Shown: piece after piece, positions 1-12,400 of the stretch
Position numbering within the stretch: position 1 is the first letter of the stretch
Layout of the letters: the number at the start of each line of letters is the position of its first letter
Assembly (NCBI GenBank): GCA_964019425.1
Contig: OZ025783.1
Span: 1,426,001-1,490,000 of the forward strand
DNA from: Flectonema sp. DT1601
Lineage: Eukaryota
Direction: 5' to 3'
DNA length: 64,000 nucleotides
The notes under the pieces: generated by a model
The model's database searches: none
What the model saw: only the letters and a program-made list of their open reading frames with translations
Told to the model about the DNA's origin: nothing
Translations under genes and position numbers: made by a program

Positions 1-2
1 AT

Positions 3-386
3 GGTGGTGACGACAGCCGTAGCATTGGAATGGGAGGATGGGGAATTGACATTCACGTTGTTCACAGAAATGTTGACAAGACTACTGGAATCGTCTACGA
101 TGAAGGATGGACTAACCCAGGTACTGGTAGTCATCCATTTCATCTTCCTGTTGATTTAGTTCTTCCAAGAAAGACTACCGTACAGAACCTTTTAGTTACT
201 TCAGCTCCATCATGCAGTCACGTTACCTGGGCTGCTATCCGTGAGGAACCAACTTTGTGGTTGTTGGGTATGGCTGCTGGTGGCGCTGCCTCACTTGTTA
301 AGGACGGCGCAGTTCAGGATGTGAACATGGAGGACCTTCAGAAGGCTCTTCGCGCTCAGGGAGTGAACATTCCAAGTTCACAGTAA
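3..386 (+). CDS. FAD-dependent oxidoreductase (FAD_oxidored-type), C-terminal part; 5' end lies outside the window
   Basis: The frame is open from position 3. SIGMGGWGIDIH...EG...PFHLPVDLVLP...NLLVTSAPSCSHVTWAAIREEPTLWLLGMAAGGAA...VQDV...LQKALRAQG follows the family C-terminal pattern (DsH...PY.IPyr.LvP...NLLV...SaSHvA...iRmEP....GqAAG.AA). Confidence 0.75.
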   Translation, partial: GGDDSRSIGMGGWGIDIHVVHRNVDKTTGIVYDEGWTNPGTGSHPFHLPVDLVLPRKTTVQNLLVTSAPSCSHVTWAAIREEPTLWLLGMAAGGAASLVKDGAVQDVNMEDLQKALRAQGVNIPSSQ

Positions 387-1937
387 ATTATATTACAAAT
401 CATTTTAATATCTGCTGCGGTAGTACATCGCATGTGACTAAACAATTTTGACGACATTAGTTCAACGCGCCGCTTTCTTTGCAGCAATCACCTCACTTAC
501 GCTAGCTGAATTCCCAGCGGATTTACTCTGCATAAGGGGATAGCGGACCCACTGCACTAGTTTTATATATTAAACAGGAAGGGTACCGTTGTTTATTTTA
601 TTGATACCGATCAAGGTACATGTCGGTCTCTGAGATCTTCAGTGATCCCTTCATTACGATGTGTTACTAGTGGTATAGTGGTGGGTTGATTATCTTTCCA
701 GGGGGATTATTTCTTTTTGTCTTCTTAGCGCTAACGTTTTCCCTTTCTCTGAATGACGGAGATTTCATCACCGAGTGGTTTTTTTTTTTTCTCTCTCCCG
801 GAATTCCTCCTCATCCCATCTTTTTTTCTCACCGAAACTACTATTCCGTTGAGGCTATCAAGAAAGTCTTGATAGCGAGCAATGATTGAGTCACTCAATC
901 ATTCTGTTCGTAGTTACAGAGGACATGTTTGTTTTTCATCAGCTGGTTTGCGGGTACCTGACAGGGTCTAAGCGTAAGGCTCATTGCCTTACGTGTGTTG
1001 GTTGTCTTTTCATTTATGTTGAGAGGCAGTTCCCTGCGGTATCAAGGTATCATCTGATGGGTAAGTGAAAAAAAAAAAAAAAAAAAAAAAAACAATAATA
1101 ATAATAATAAAGGGATGTTCACGCCTCTCAATGTTTATACTTGGGCGTGTGGTTCTGGAATAATCCGTCTTTTCCGATTCTGTTTTTTTCTTTTTTCCAT
1201 TCTTTTGTTTATTGTTGTCATGCTGCTGAATGCGATGACAAACAGCACATGATCCAATTTCTGAGAATTTGCAATTTGCGTCCCCTCTTTTTGTTTCTCC
1301 TCTTTACTTATTTTATAACGCGTTTCGCTATCTTGAACTGTTAGTAGCAGAACCGTATCATCAAACAGTATAATTCAATACAAAGATCCTTTCGTATTGA
1401 ATTAAATCCCTGATTTTTATATCCAAGTCGCCCCCCCTCCCTATTTTCAAGACGAGTACTCATGAGTTTTTATAAAAAAACTGTTACAGTGACATAGGCG
1501 CGTGGCGGTCAACTTTCTTCCTCCAGTGGCATTATTTATTTATTTGCAGTCAATTTACTTCGCTGTCGCTGACAATCAAAATTGTTCCGAGAGATTGTTG
1601 TTCCTTTGAGCTTGATGATTATAGTGATATCCCCTCCCACTCCTTTTCCCAGCGTCGTCTTCCGTGTTTGTTTTGTTTGTTTTTCATTCTCTCGTTTTGT
1701 CATGGCTTAATGCAGCTTGGTGAAACTTCTTTTGATAAAAATTCACAAAATAAATTTTTAAAAAAAAAACAAAAAAAAGACTGTTCTTTTTATATGCTAA
1801 TTAACTAATTCTTAATTTCACAGTAAACACCACAAAAAAAAAAACACCCTATGCCACAAGCTTCTTACTCTCTCTGTGTGATCATCAAAAAATGACTACT
1901 ACATTATATTATTCCACTCACAGTGTTATCTTTATTA

Positions 1938-3299
1938 ATGTTGGTATCGTTGAGATGTTTAATTATTGCGACCATTCCATCATCAAAAAATGAAAATCCA
2001 CACGTAGCATTCAGCAAGAGATACCCCACAGTTGATTTGAGAGGTAAAAGACTATGTAGTCTTCATGTCATGAATTGGTGTGATCTTCCTTCTGATGACC
2101 TTATCGTTGAGGAGGTATTACATCGTCAAGAACATGAATTTATTATAGACTCTGATTGGGGACCTGTCATACAAATAAGAAAAAAAAATACTTTATATAT
2201 TGCAGTTCCTCTTATTAGTCACTTAGAAACATCTTCAAAAGTGGGGTTGTTTATGGTACCTACAGCAGCATGTATTACGACTCTTGAAACAATTGCAGAA
2301 TTGTATAGCATTTTAAAAAAATTACAAAAAGATAAAAAACTCGTGCTTAAAGATGAATGTAGTGTTTTTGATGTTATTTCTGTTTATGTTTCGACAACAA
2401 TACCACTCGGGAGTGTCGGTGATGACTTGTCACCAGGTCAATTTCTTCGTAAATTTAATTATGTTGGAAATCCTTGTTCTCCGAGTACCGTCAACCTCCG
2501 TCAAGTTGAATATTTATACGGAGAAACCAACTGCGGTAATGTATCATATCCGTCTATATGGGGTTGTTTAGAGGCTGATGCTGATACTCCCACGCCTGTC
2601 AACGGTAAGATAAAAATACTAGGCCAGGTTCAAGATTTATCTATTGTAGTTGGTAAGATTATTGAAGATCAAGAATTACCCGATGGTCATCAATTTGTTG
2701 TTAAATATACGGATGGAATATCAATAAATCTCGCATCGTATTCTTTACCAGCACCGCCGTCACCACCATTAAAAGGGTCTTTTAAAGCTTATATGCCAAA
2801 GACAACAAGTGGTATAGCAGACCTACGATGTTCTTTGACATTGAATCTTAATCCGTTGGAATCAGAAAAAAAAAAGTGTTTCTGTGAGCTGTCTGTAAAA
2901 TTTAATTTCGGAACTGGTCGTTCAGTTGCGAATCACACGTTGGTTCCAACGATTGGTGTTGTTCATATAACAGTAGTGAGAGGAGTTAAAACACTGCTTT
3001 GGAAGATTCCGAAAAACCGACGCATCACTGACGCATCTATAACAGGTAAATGTACATTCATCGCAGCTAAAGAATCTGATGAAAATGACGACTACAGTGC
3101 TCCATTTCTAACAGGATCGAATTGCTTTGCTGATGTATTAATCAATGCTGTCGGTTATAAAAGTAGCAGCGGAGTAACCCTCTCATCAGCAACTGTAAGT
3201 GAAGGAACAATAACGATACAGCCTCCTGTGCTTAAATCAACAGGACTACGAATCTGGAATGGAAAGGCAATTGAACCGGCGTGTGCCAGACTACTGTGA
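1938..3299 (+). CDS. AP5M1: AP-5 adaptor complex subunit mu-like protein
   Basis: N-terminal LRCLII...VAFSKRYPTVDLR resembles the AP5M1 'FSRRYPTVE.R' motif. LYIAVPL and a beta-rich mu-homology-like C-terminus ending LRIWN also fit. First ATG is at 1938. Confidence 0.7.
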   Translation: MLVSLRCLIIATIPSSKNENPHVAFSKRYPTVDLRGKRLCSLHVMNWCDLPSDDLIVEEVLHRQEHEFIIDSDWGPVIQIRKKNTLYIAVPLISHLETSSKVGLFMVPTAACITTLETIAELYSILKKLQKDKKLVLKDECSVFDVISVYVSTTIPLGSVGDDLSPGQFLRKFNYVGNPCSPSTVNLRQVEYLYGETNCGNVSYPSIWGCLEADADTPTPVNGKIKILGQVQDLSIVVGKIIEDQELPDGHQFVVKYTDGISINLASYSLPAPPSPPLKGSFKAYMPKTTSGIADLRCSLTLNLNPLESEKKKCFCELSVKFNFGTGRSVANHTLVPTIGVVHITVVRGVKTLLWKIPKNRRITDASITGKCTFIAAKESDENDDYSAPFLTGSNCFADVLINAVGYKSSSGVTLSSATVSEGTITIQPPVLKSTGLRIWNGKAIEPACARLL

Positions 3300-3414
3300 A
3301 TTGTGACTCACACTTTGTTTATGTTATTCTTACCGAGTACTGTCTTAAAGTAATTCTTGTAGTGTATAAATCATCTTTATGTAAATCAAGTAAACTTAAC
3401 ACAAATGAAATAAA

Positions 3415-6400
3415 ATGAGCACTCGCAAGAGGAAATGGTTCGAAGAAAACGGTTGTGTTATTTATGGACAAAATGAAACAGATTCAAAACAGATAGCGTC
3501 ATTTGCTAAAAGAGCAAATGGATATCAATGTATGGATATTAAAAACGATAAAGGCGTTACTTACAACTGTCAAGCCTTCGAAGGAGACGCAATGGTACTA
3601 ACAACTGAACAGCGATTATGCTCAGGATTCTTACAGCTATTGGGGAGGACCGAGAGAGAAGACTACGAAGTAGTCGAAGGCGTTCCCGACGTCCAACTTA
3701 AAAAAAACATTCACGAACTAAATCCATCGGACTCTATAGAAATATCAGCTAGCATCCTTGATCAAATCTCTTCTAGTAATATAAAAACATCTTGGGAAGA
3801 AGTATTCGGACCAAAAACATGGTCGATAACCATTCAAGAACTACAGCGTTGCGAACAGGGAACACTCATAGCAATGTCTCCTGTACTCCCTCCTTTGTTC
3901 TATAAAGCTTTGCTTCAGCTTACTACTGACCCAGATTATTGTGAATTATACAGCATACTAAGATCTATACCATTATATAAAGTATCAACTGTGGAGGCTA
4001 GAGAGAGTACGATGAGAAATTTAGAAACTCGATTAGTTTCATCTCAACGAGAATTACAAAACTTAGATCCAAGTCAAGACCCATGGGATACATATGTCTG
4101 TAAGACAGCCATTACTGGATGCACAAGGTCAATTGACTATTTAAATAACTTACATAAAAGGTCATCTACAGCGTGGAGGGAATTACTGATTTCGATATTG
4201 AGGAAGCCGAAAGACTTCGGATTTCGAACTTTATCAGATGCAAAACATACGTTGTCTTATTCTCTAACTGAGTTGTGTACTTCCGTGTGCATATCACAAC
4301 ATGGATATTACTTCGTTGATGGAACTGGTGATACGATGAATCAGATTGCTCCTCTCACTCCTGACACGGTGGTCTTCCTCTCCGCACCCGGACTCGACTT
4401 CTGCACCGACTCGACAACTCGACTTGAAATGCCGAAATATTTCGAACCTGTTGACGGGACTACTGACCAGTCTGAACTCCACACTCGCTACAGAGGTTTC
4501 AAAGAAGGAGGTGAAGAACTTCTCCGAAAGAGAGTTAAAAACCTTTATCGAGTAATCTTTACTTCTGCTAAGATACAAGGAGTTAAGAATCCATCAATGC
4601 TTCCAATGGGGTTGGGAGTGTTTTTATTTAATGTCAACAAGGCTGATCATGATGGTGTCAAGGAGGCGTACTTCTCTGCTCAGTTTGAACTGCTGTCTGA
4701 AGAGGATTGGGGATTTGAGACGTACTGGTTGAATCCAGCACAGCATCTACCGATTGCAAAAAAACTACTGAAGGCACAAGAAGAAGTTTCAAGCTACAAG
4801 TGTAACGTGGTATTGCACAACAGAGATGCGAAATTTCTCGCTGTTGAGATGGCAAAAGAAAGAATGAAACCAGCGGTACTAAACCCATCAGATTGCATAG
4901 CAGTAATGCAAGGCTTAATTGGATACTATTGGGAAATAGGACGAGGCGATCGATATGTTGGTGAAGAAGACTTCGCTGCCACATCAACAGGAATACTTGC
5001 AAGGTGTGGAATCAGTCAAGTATATACTGACTTATCAAGAATGGTTCAAGTTTACACGACAGAGGAATCAAATACAATTGAAAGGAAGTATGACAGCGTC
5101 TTACACTATTGTGAGAAATCTCTCTTTGCTATAAATGAACCAACTGCTTGGAACACAAGAGATCTTTTAGACGTGTCTCACAGAGCCAATCCATTCTCCA
5201 GAATGGACATCTCCCCAGCAGGTCACGATCGGGTAAACGCTGGTCGATTTGTAAAATCGAAAACATTTCCTCCAACACTTCGATTAGCTTATCAATTCTT
5301 ATTAAAAATCGGACGTTTGACGGACACCAAGCACATCACAGAAGTCGTAGAGGGAGTCCCAACTGTTGTACTGGAGACTCCGTTACACAAACTCAACTCT
5401 TCAGAAACTATTTCTATTTGTGCTAATGACTTCGATGCTACTTATCTATACGGAAGTCGTACCTTCTCTATATCTGTAGAGGTACTTAAAGACTTAGAGA
5501 AGACAACAAGAATAGTACTTGGAAGTGATATTCCGAAAGGATTCTATGTTGAAGTTGTAAGGCTGTCGACAAATCCAGAGTACGCTCAGTTCTTTTCGTA
5601 TCTTAGATCGTATCCACTGAAAGTTTTGGGAACATCTGAGTCGTGGAATTCCGTATTGGGATATGAAAGAATCCGTCGAGACGTAACAAATAAACAACTC
5701 GACGACTTACGACGAGTCTCAATTGATGATGCCGATCTCGACTCTGAAGATGACCATCTGTGGGACGTCTATGTTGCTGAGACGACAGTTCGCAACAGCA
5801 CGAGACAGATTTCTTTTTTTTCTGATCAAGAAGAAGATTCTCCTTTACTTAAAGCTGTAAGACAATGGAATTCATTAATTACTTCCTTTCGTAGGTATGA
5901 TTCCTTTTTATTGTACTGAGCAACTCAATGTTGGCGTTCACGTAAATATAAATAACCCCCAGGTATCCTCGTAGGTTTGGTTTTAGTGACTTGTCACATC
6001 TGGAGGAGACTCTTTCTTATTCTCTAACTGAGTTGTGTACTTCCGTGTGCATATCACAACATGGATATTACTTCGTTGATGGAACTGGTGATACGATGAA
6101 TCAGATTGCTCCTCTCACTCCTGACACGGTGGTCTTCCTCTCCGCACCCGGACTCGACTTCTGCACCGACTCGACAACTCGACTTGAAATGCCAAAATAT
6201 TTCGAACCTGTTGACGGGACTACTGACCAGTCTGAACTCCACACTCGCTACAGAGGTTTCAAAGAAGGAGGTGAAGAACTTCTCCGAAAGAGAGTTAAAA
6301 ACCTTTATCGAGTAATCTTTACTTCTGCTAAGATACAAGGAGTTAAGAATCCATCAATGCTTCCAATGGGGTTGGGAGTGTTTTTATTTAATGTCAACAA

Positions 6401-9400
6401 GGCTGATCATGATGGTGTCAAGGAGGCGTACTTCTCGGCTCAGTTTGAACTGCTGTCTGAAGAGGATTGGGGATTTGAGACGTACTGGTTGAATCCAGCA
6501 CAACACAAGGCCACAGCAGAAAGACTGCTGGAGTCAGATAAATATAACTTTAAATGCAATGTAGCTATTCACGGAAAGGATGCGAAATTTCTCGCTGTTG
6601 AGATGGCAAAAGAAAGAATGAAACCAGCGGTACTAAACCCATCAGATTGCATAGCAGTAATGCAAGGCTTAATTGGATACTATTGGGAAATAGGACGAGG
6701 CGATCGATATGTTGGTGAAGAAGACCTTGTGGCAACATCTACAGGTGTGTGGAAGTTACTTTTATAAAACCATCTCATAATATAAATCAAATTATTACAA
6801 CACTCTCACAGGTATTCTCAGCAGGTGTGGTATCACTGATGTCTACTCAGACACAACGAGAATAGTACAACTTGACTCTACTCAAATAGAAAGCAGACAA
6901 TCACATCCAATGGTGGAGGTCCGCGATGGTAATTTCACATACTTCTTGACTGCTGCATCAGAAAGAGTAATTCCAGACAAAAACCTTCATCAAGTCGCCC
7001 TCCGTGCTGGTAGTCAACAAAAAGACTACTCATTACTAGCTAAGAGAATTCCTGTACAGCTTACTACTGTCTTCTTACAAGCGTTGGGAAGAACTAATGA
7101 ACAAGATCACGTAGTTGAAGGCATTCCAGATGTTAAACTTGCAGTAGACGTTTGTGACATTGATGAGGGTGAAGTGTTTAGAATTTCAAGCCAAGATGTT
7201 AACAACTTCTGTTCTGAACATTTAAATGGTTGTGATACTGAAACAGATGTTGTTTTTGGTAATAAAATTTGGGAAATTGACGGTCGGAGTGTCAGACGAC
7301 TTGAAAGCACAACTCGTATCACTCTGGGGAGTGAAATACCAATCGTGTTTTATCAAAAGATGAGTTCCTACATAACAAGAGAAGATCACTTGGAGTTCTA
7401 TTCCTCTCTCTCAACAGTTCCACTCGATAATCTTGACCATCCTAACGAATGGCTCACCTGTAAACAAGGTTGTGAAGTACGAAGAAAATTAGCTGCGGCA
7501 AGAGTTTCTGTACTAAAATCAAAACACAAATCAGCATTGAAGTCTGACAATGAAGGAAATCAAAAGCTGAATGATATCGAACGGCAACTTGGTGTTGAAG
7601 AAAGTATAATCAGAAATACTACCAGCTACATTGATCTGTTGTCTGACTCTGAGAAGTGTTTTGAAGTAGCTTCTGAGTGGAGGTCGTTTATTAAATTGAT
7701 TTCTAACAACCCGATTGCATATGGTTTTGATTCTAATTGTCATTTTGTAAGAATACTATCTCTCAGTCTCACTGAGTTGTGTACTTCCGTGTGCATATCA
7801 CAACATGGATATTACTTCGTTGATGGAACTGGTGATACGATGAATCAGATTGCTCCTCTCACTCCTGACACGGTGGTCTTCCTCTCCGCACCCGGACTCG
7901 ACTTCTGCACCGACTCGACAACTCGACTTGAAATGCCAAAATATTTCGAACCTGTTGACGGGACTACTGACCAGTCTGAACTCCACACTCGCTACAGAGG
8001 TTTCAAAGAAGGAGGTGAAGAACTCCTCCGAAAGAGAGTTAAAAACCTTTATCAAGTAATCTTTACTTCTGCAAAGATACAAGGAGTTAAGAATCCATCA
8101 ATGCTTCCAATGGGGTTGGGAGTGTTTTTATTTAATGTCAACAAGGCTGATCATGATGGTGTCAAGGAGGCATACTTCTCTGCTCAGTTTGAACTGCTGT
8201 CTGAAGAGGATTGGGGATTTGAGACGTACTGGTTGAATCCAGGAGACTTCTACGAGAAAGCATTGCGTATGTTGAGAGAACTGAAATTATTTCCGAAGTG
8301 TGATGTAGTTCTTCATGACAGGGAGGCGAACTTTCTCGCTGTTGAGATGGCAAAAGAAAGAATGAAACCAGCGGTACTAAACCCATCAGATTACATAGCA
8401 GTAATGCAAGGCTTAATTGGACGATATTGGGAAATAGGACGAGAACATCGATACACAAGAGAAGAACACAATGCAGCAACGTCAACAGCAATACTCGCAA
8501 GGTGTGGACTCAGCAATGTCTATACTGACCACAACAGAATAATTCAAGTCTCTCAGCAACATGACCTAACCCAACAAGAACTAAGCATAGAAGCTGAAGA
8601 CAACAGCGACTTAAGTGAAAGTGAATACGTCGACTGCGAGGAAGATTTCGAAGAAATAACAATCGAATCTGTGTACACAGCTATCGTCTATATTAGTGAA
8701 TTATACAGACGTCAGCTCCAATTGGAAACCAGAGAACAAATTATTCCTCGGATAAAGGACCTCTGCATCTCTCGCGGACCAGTAATTTGGAGGGAAAAAT
8801 CACCATTTTACCGACAAACACTAATATGCCTGGCGGCATCTCATGGTGACTTACCTGTTGTGAAATTATTTGTTGATTTAGGTTGTCCTTTACATGATGG
8901 TGGTTGTGTCTATCAGAACACTCCTTTACATGCTGCTGCTTTACATTGTCATTTAGAAGTTGTATATTATCTGATTGAGAATGGTCACCATCTTAGTATC
9001 CTCAGTGAGAAGGGAGAGTCAGTATTTGACTCGGCTTTAAGACTTGTTGGGTTTCAAGATTGTGGTCAGAAAACTGCAACTATGGCATCAGTTTGTTTTA
9101 AAGTATTACAAGCAGCCCCAACCATAACAGAACAGAGTGGACAACAATTATTAGACGTCTTTGATCCAGATGGTGATGAACTTATTGAAAGATGGGCACA
9201 TCAAATCCAACTAAAACACTCAACTGATCTTCATTTAGCTGTAATGATTGGAACTCGCCAAGATGTTATTGACTGTGTCATTAGAAAAGCAAAACGAGGT
9301 GATCACACATCCCAACAAGTAGTTGACGCGAGAGATCAAAACGGACTTACAGCACTACACTGGGGAGTTATTCGAAATAATCAAAGTGCTATAAAGTCAC

Positions 9401-12400
9401 TGTTAGGTGCATCTGATGCATCAATGCGTGCCAAAGTAGATGTTGAAGACAATGATGGATGGACACCTATTCAATGGGCAGTTTGTATCGGAAACGTTCC
9501 GTGTGTTGAAGCACTACTTCAACAGAACCCTGACATTCTAAAATCAATGTTACTCAGCCAGCAAAATCACTTCGTAAATTCTATCTGGGAAGATAACTCT
9601 GACTCTCAAAAATACACTCTTCGTCTTCACAATGAAATCAGTCCAGGCAGAGGTGCTGCTCTCGGAGTTTGGCTTCCAAAAATGCGCGTCACAAAAGAAC
9701 AAATATTACGGCGTTCATTCGCAGGAGTTCAATGTTTTCAGGGAAAGGACGTTGATGTTCAGGTTGACTTTGAATTAATTACAGAAACAACGTCTGACTT
9801 TACAGCACGAGTTACCATATCTGAATCATCAATGGTGGTGTGGCATGGCGTCTACAGCGCGAAACTTGGAATTATAAAACGTCGTTGTTGTGATTGGATA
9901 GCTAGTTGTCGTTTTATAAACGAACGCTGTGAGAACTGTGGAAGTCGTGACTTCCTCCCGGCTGGTTTGATTCCGTCGGCAAGGCGATTACGAGCAACTC
10001 GTGGCCTGTCTGAGATGTCATCATTTCACATCTGCTGCAAAGCAGCGACTCAACAGTACTCTCGCTCTCTGGTGGTCGCATGTCCTGCTGCTGGAGCTGT
10101 TGGGTATGTAAGTTATCATTTTTTAAATGGAAACACAGATCTCAGTATTTAAATAAAATAAACCCAAACAGTATGGTGATACTCCGTGCATTGCTGGGAG
10201 GAACAAACTACGCAGCACGTCTAAAGCATAAGAAATACCAAAATGCAATGCTTCGCTTAGACAGTGATAATAATACAGTATTCTCAATGGCAGTAAAAGC
10301 TATGAGGCGTGAGTCATCATTTCTTGTCGGGTCTTCAGTAGTGAGAGTGTTGTTAGGTCAGGAGTTGGTACAGCAGAATGACATAATCAAATCACCGAAA
10401 CATTTGGATCGAATACCTGACGAATGTTGGAAACCATCTCCAGCGGAGGTAGCAGTGTTTTGCCTTGACTCATTAAGAAGAACAGAACAGTTAATCCCAA
10501 GCTCGTTAGCGATTCGTTCCCCCCGATCACCGCAAATTGATGGAACGTATGAACGTCGTGAGTATTGCGGTCGGAACGGATGGCCAGAATATCGGAAATC
10601 ATCAGAAGGTACTAAGGGAGGAAAAACTTTTATTCTGTTCGCTGAAGATAGTGGAAGGTGGGTCATCACACAGGAAGGACTGAGGGACACACAGCTGCTA
10701 TTTAGAAGTCAACTTCATTGCGGCTCACTCCCACATCATATCGAATCCTGGGAACGTAATTCAACAACAGAAAATATAAATAAACAACCAAACTGGGAAT
10801 CAACTTCACCACAATTTTCAGTCGAGTCCACTACCGACAATTCGACAAGTATACCAAAGGATTACAGCAGTGCTGGTTGGTTATTGACACTACGTACTCG
10901 TTGTAGAGATAATGGTGTTGCTGCATTTCTTAGATGGATGCAACCGGCTGGTTCGTTCTACATCAAAAGTTGTATATATTGCGCATTGAATGCATGTGTA
11001 CTTCCTGGTCGAAAGGGAGAGGGTGACACTCGACTTATTAATGAGGCACTCAGCTTGAGACAGTTAGATGGTGTCTTCTCCGGTTCAGAGACTGCCACTG
11101 AGATGGGAAGCTCAGATGACGCGACAACTTTAGGTAGATGTCTTCATGTCGCAGCAGTGTTTAGTAGAAAAGTTACGATTCAAACCTTAATAAGTGATTA
11201 CAATGCTGTTGTAGAAGATCGACATATCAGAACAGCCGTCGAATGGGAACAGTGGAGCGAGGCATCAGAACTCCTCTCATGCATTCGAGTCAGAAATAAA
11301 TCATGTCGTCCACTAATTCATTTTACAAACAGTGAAATGATGTCAGACGGTCAAATTATATACAGCTCCCTCCCTTCACAGGCTGAGATTCACTTTTGTA
11401 TTGAAAACGATGCTGCTACACCAGAAGCCTTCATCGATATATCAAGACAGTTATTGTGTATACTGAAAAGGCTTTTGGGATTATCGGACGGCAAATCTCA
11501 ACGGACTCTACGACAGACCCAGACAAGACCTAAAGAAACTTGGGCTCTGGCAGACAGAGTCTCACAGGACACGCTTCGGTATTTACTAAGTACTCCAGCT
11601 TTAAACTATACTGAAGTCTTGAGTGGATCTGAAAGTCGTAAATCTTTCGACGGATTTGACTTTGGAGCAACTCAACGTTCCGCGGAATTATTTTATTCAT
11701 TAGCTAAAATCTTATCCTCTCCTGATGTTGTTGGCTTGAGTGCATTTCCGTCAGGATTTTCAGTTGCTGGAGTTCATTTCTTACCTTTTGATTATACCAC
11801 GTTTATGTTTCCCATCCACCAACTTCTTTTAAAAAGTGAAATCCCATCCAACTCGTCTGAAGATGCTGTCGACTATCACAAGAAATGCCGCTCACTGTTA
11901 ATCCAATTTGTGAAGCTCGTCAACGTAAACCCAGAGACGATGATTGATGTAGCCTCTACTGCCCCAAGTATTTCTGATACTGATACTGGTGAGTGTGGTA
12001 GTAATATGTTAAAAACTAATCAACCATCACAACCTCAAACTCAATCAAAACATTCAGCTGAGTATACCCTACTAGTTGACGTCGTACACAGAACAAAAGT
12101 AAGTGGTTTCTTTGGATCATTCTTAAAACGTGCTGTGGAAGACAAATCTCAACAGAGATATGAAAACTTATTAAATTCAAGACACATGATACTACCTATT
12201 GAGTTAGCTATTGATCTTGGATATGCTGACGTAGTCGACTCGATGTTAAGAGGAGGAGTCCTCTCAAGCGATGAGATAAACTGCGAAGACATATCACAAG
12301 ACCGTGTCAAAGCAATATGCTACCGAGATATTTGGTTTCCAGACTCAGCTGAGTATAAAGATTCTGAAATTGGAACCGTTATTCCTCACATTTTAAATAT

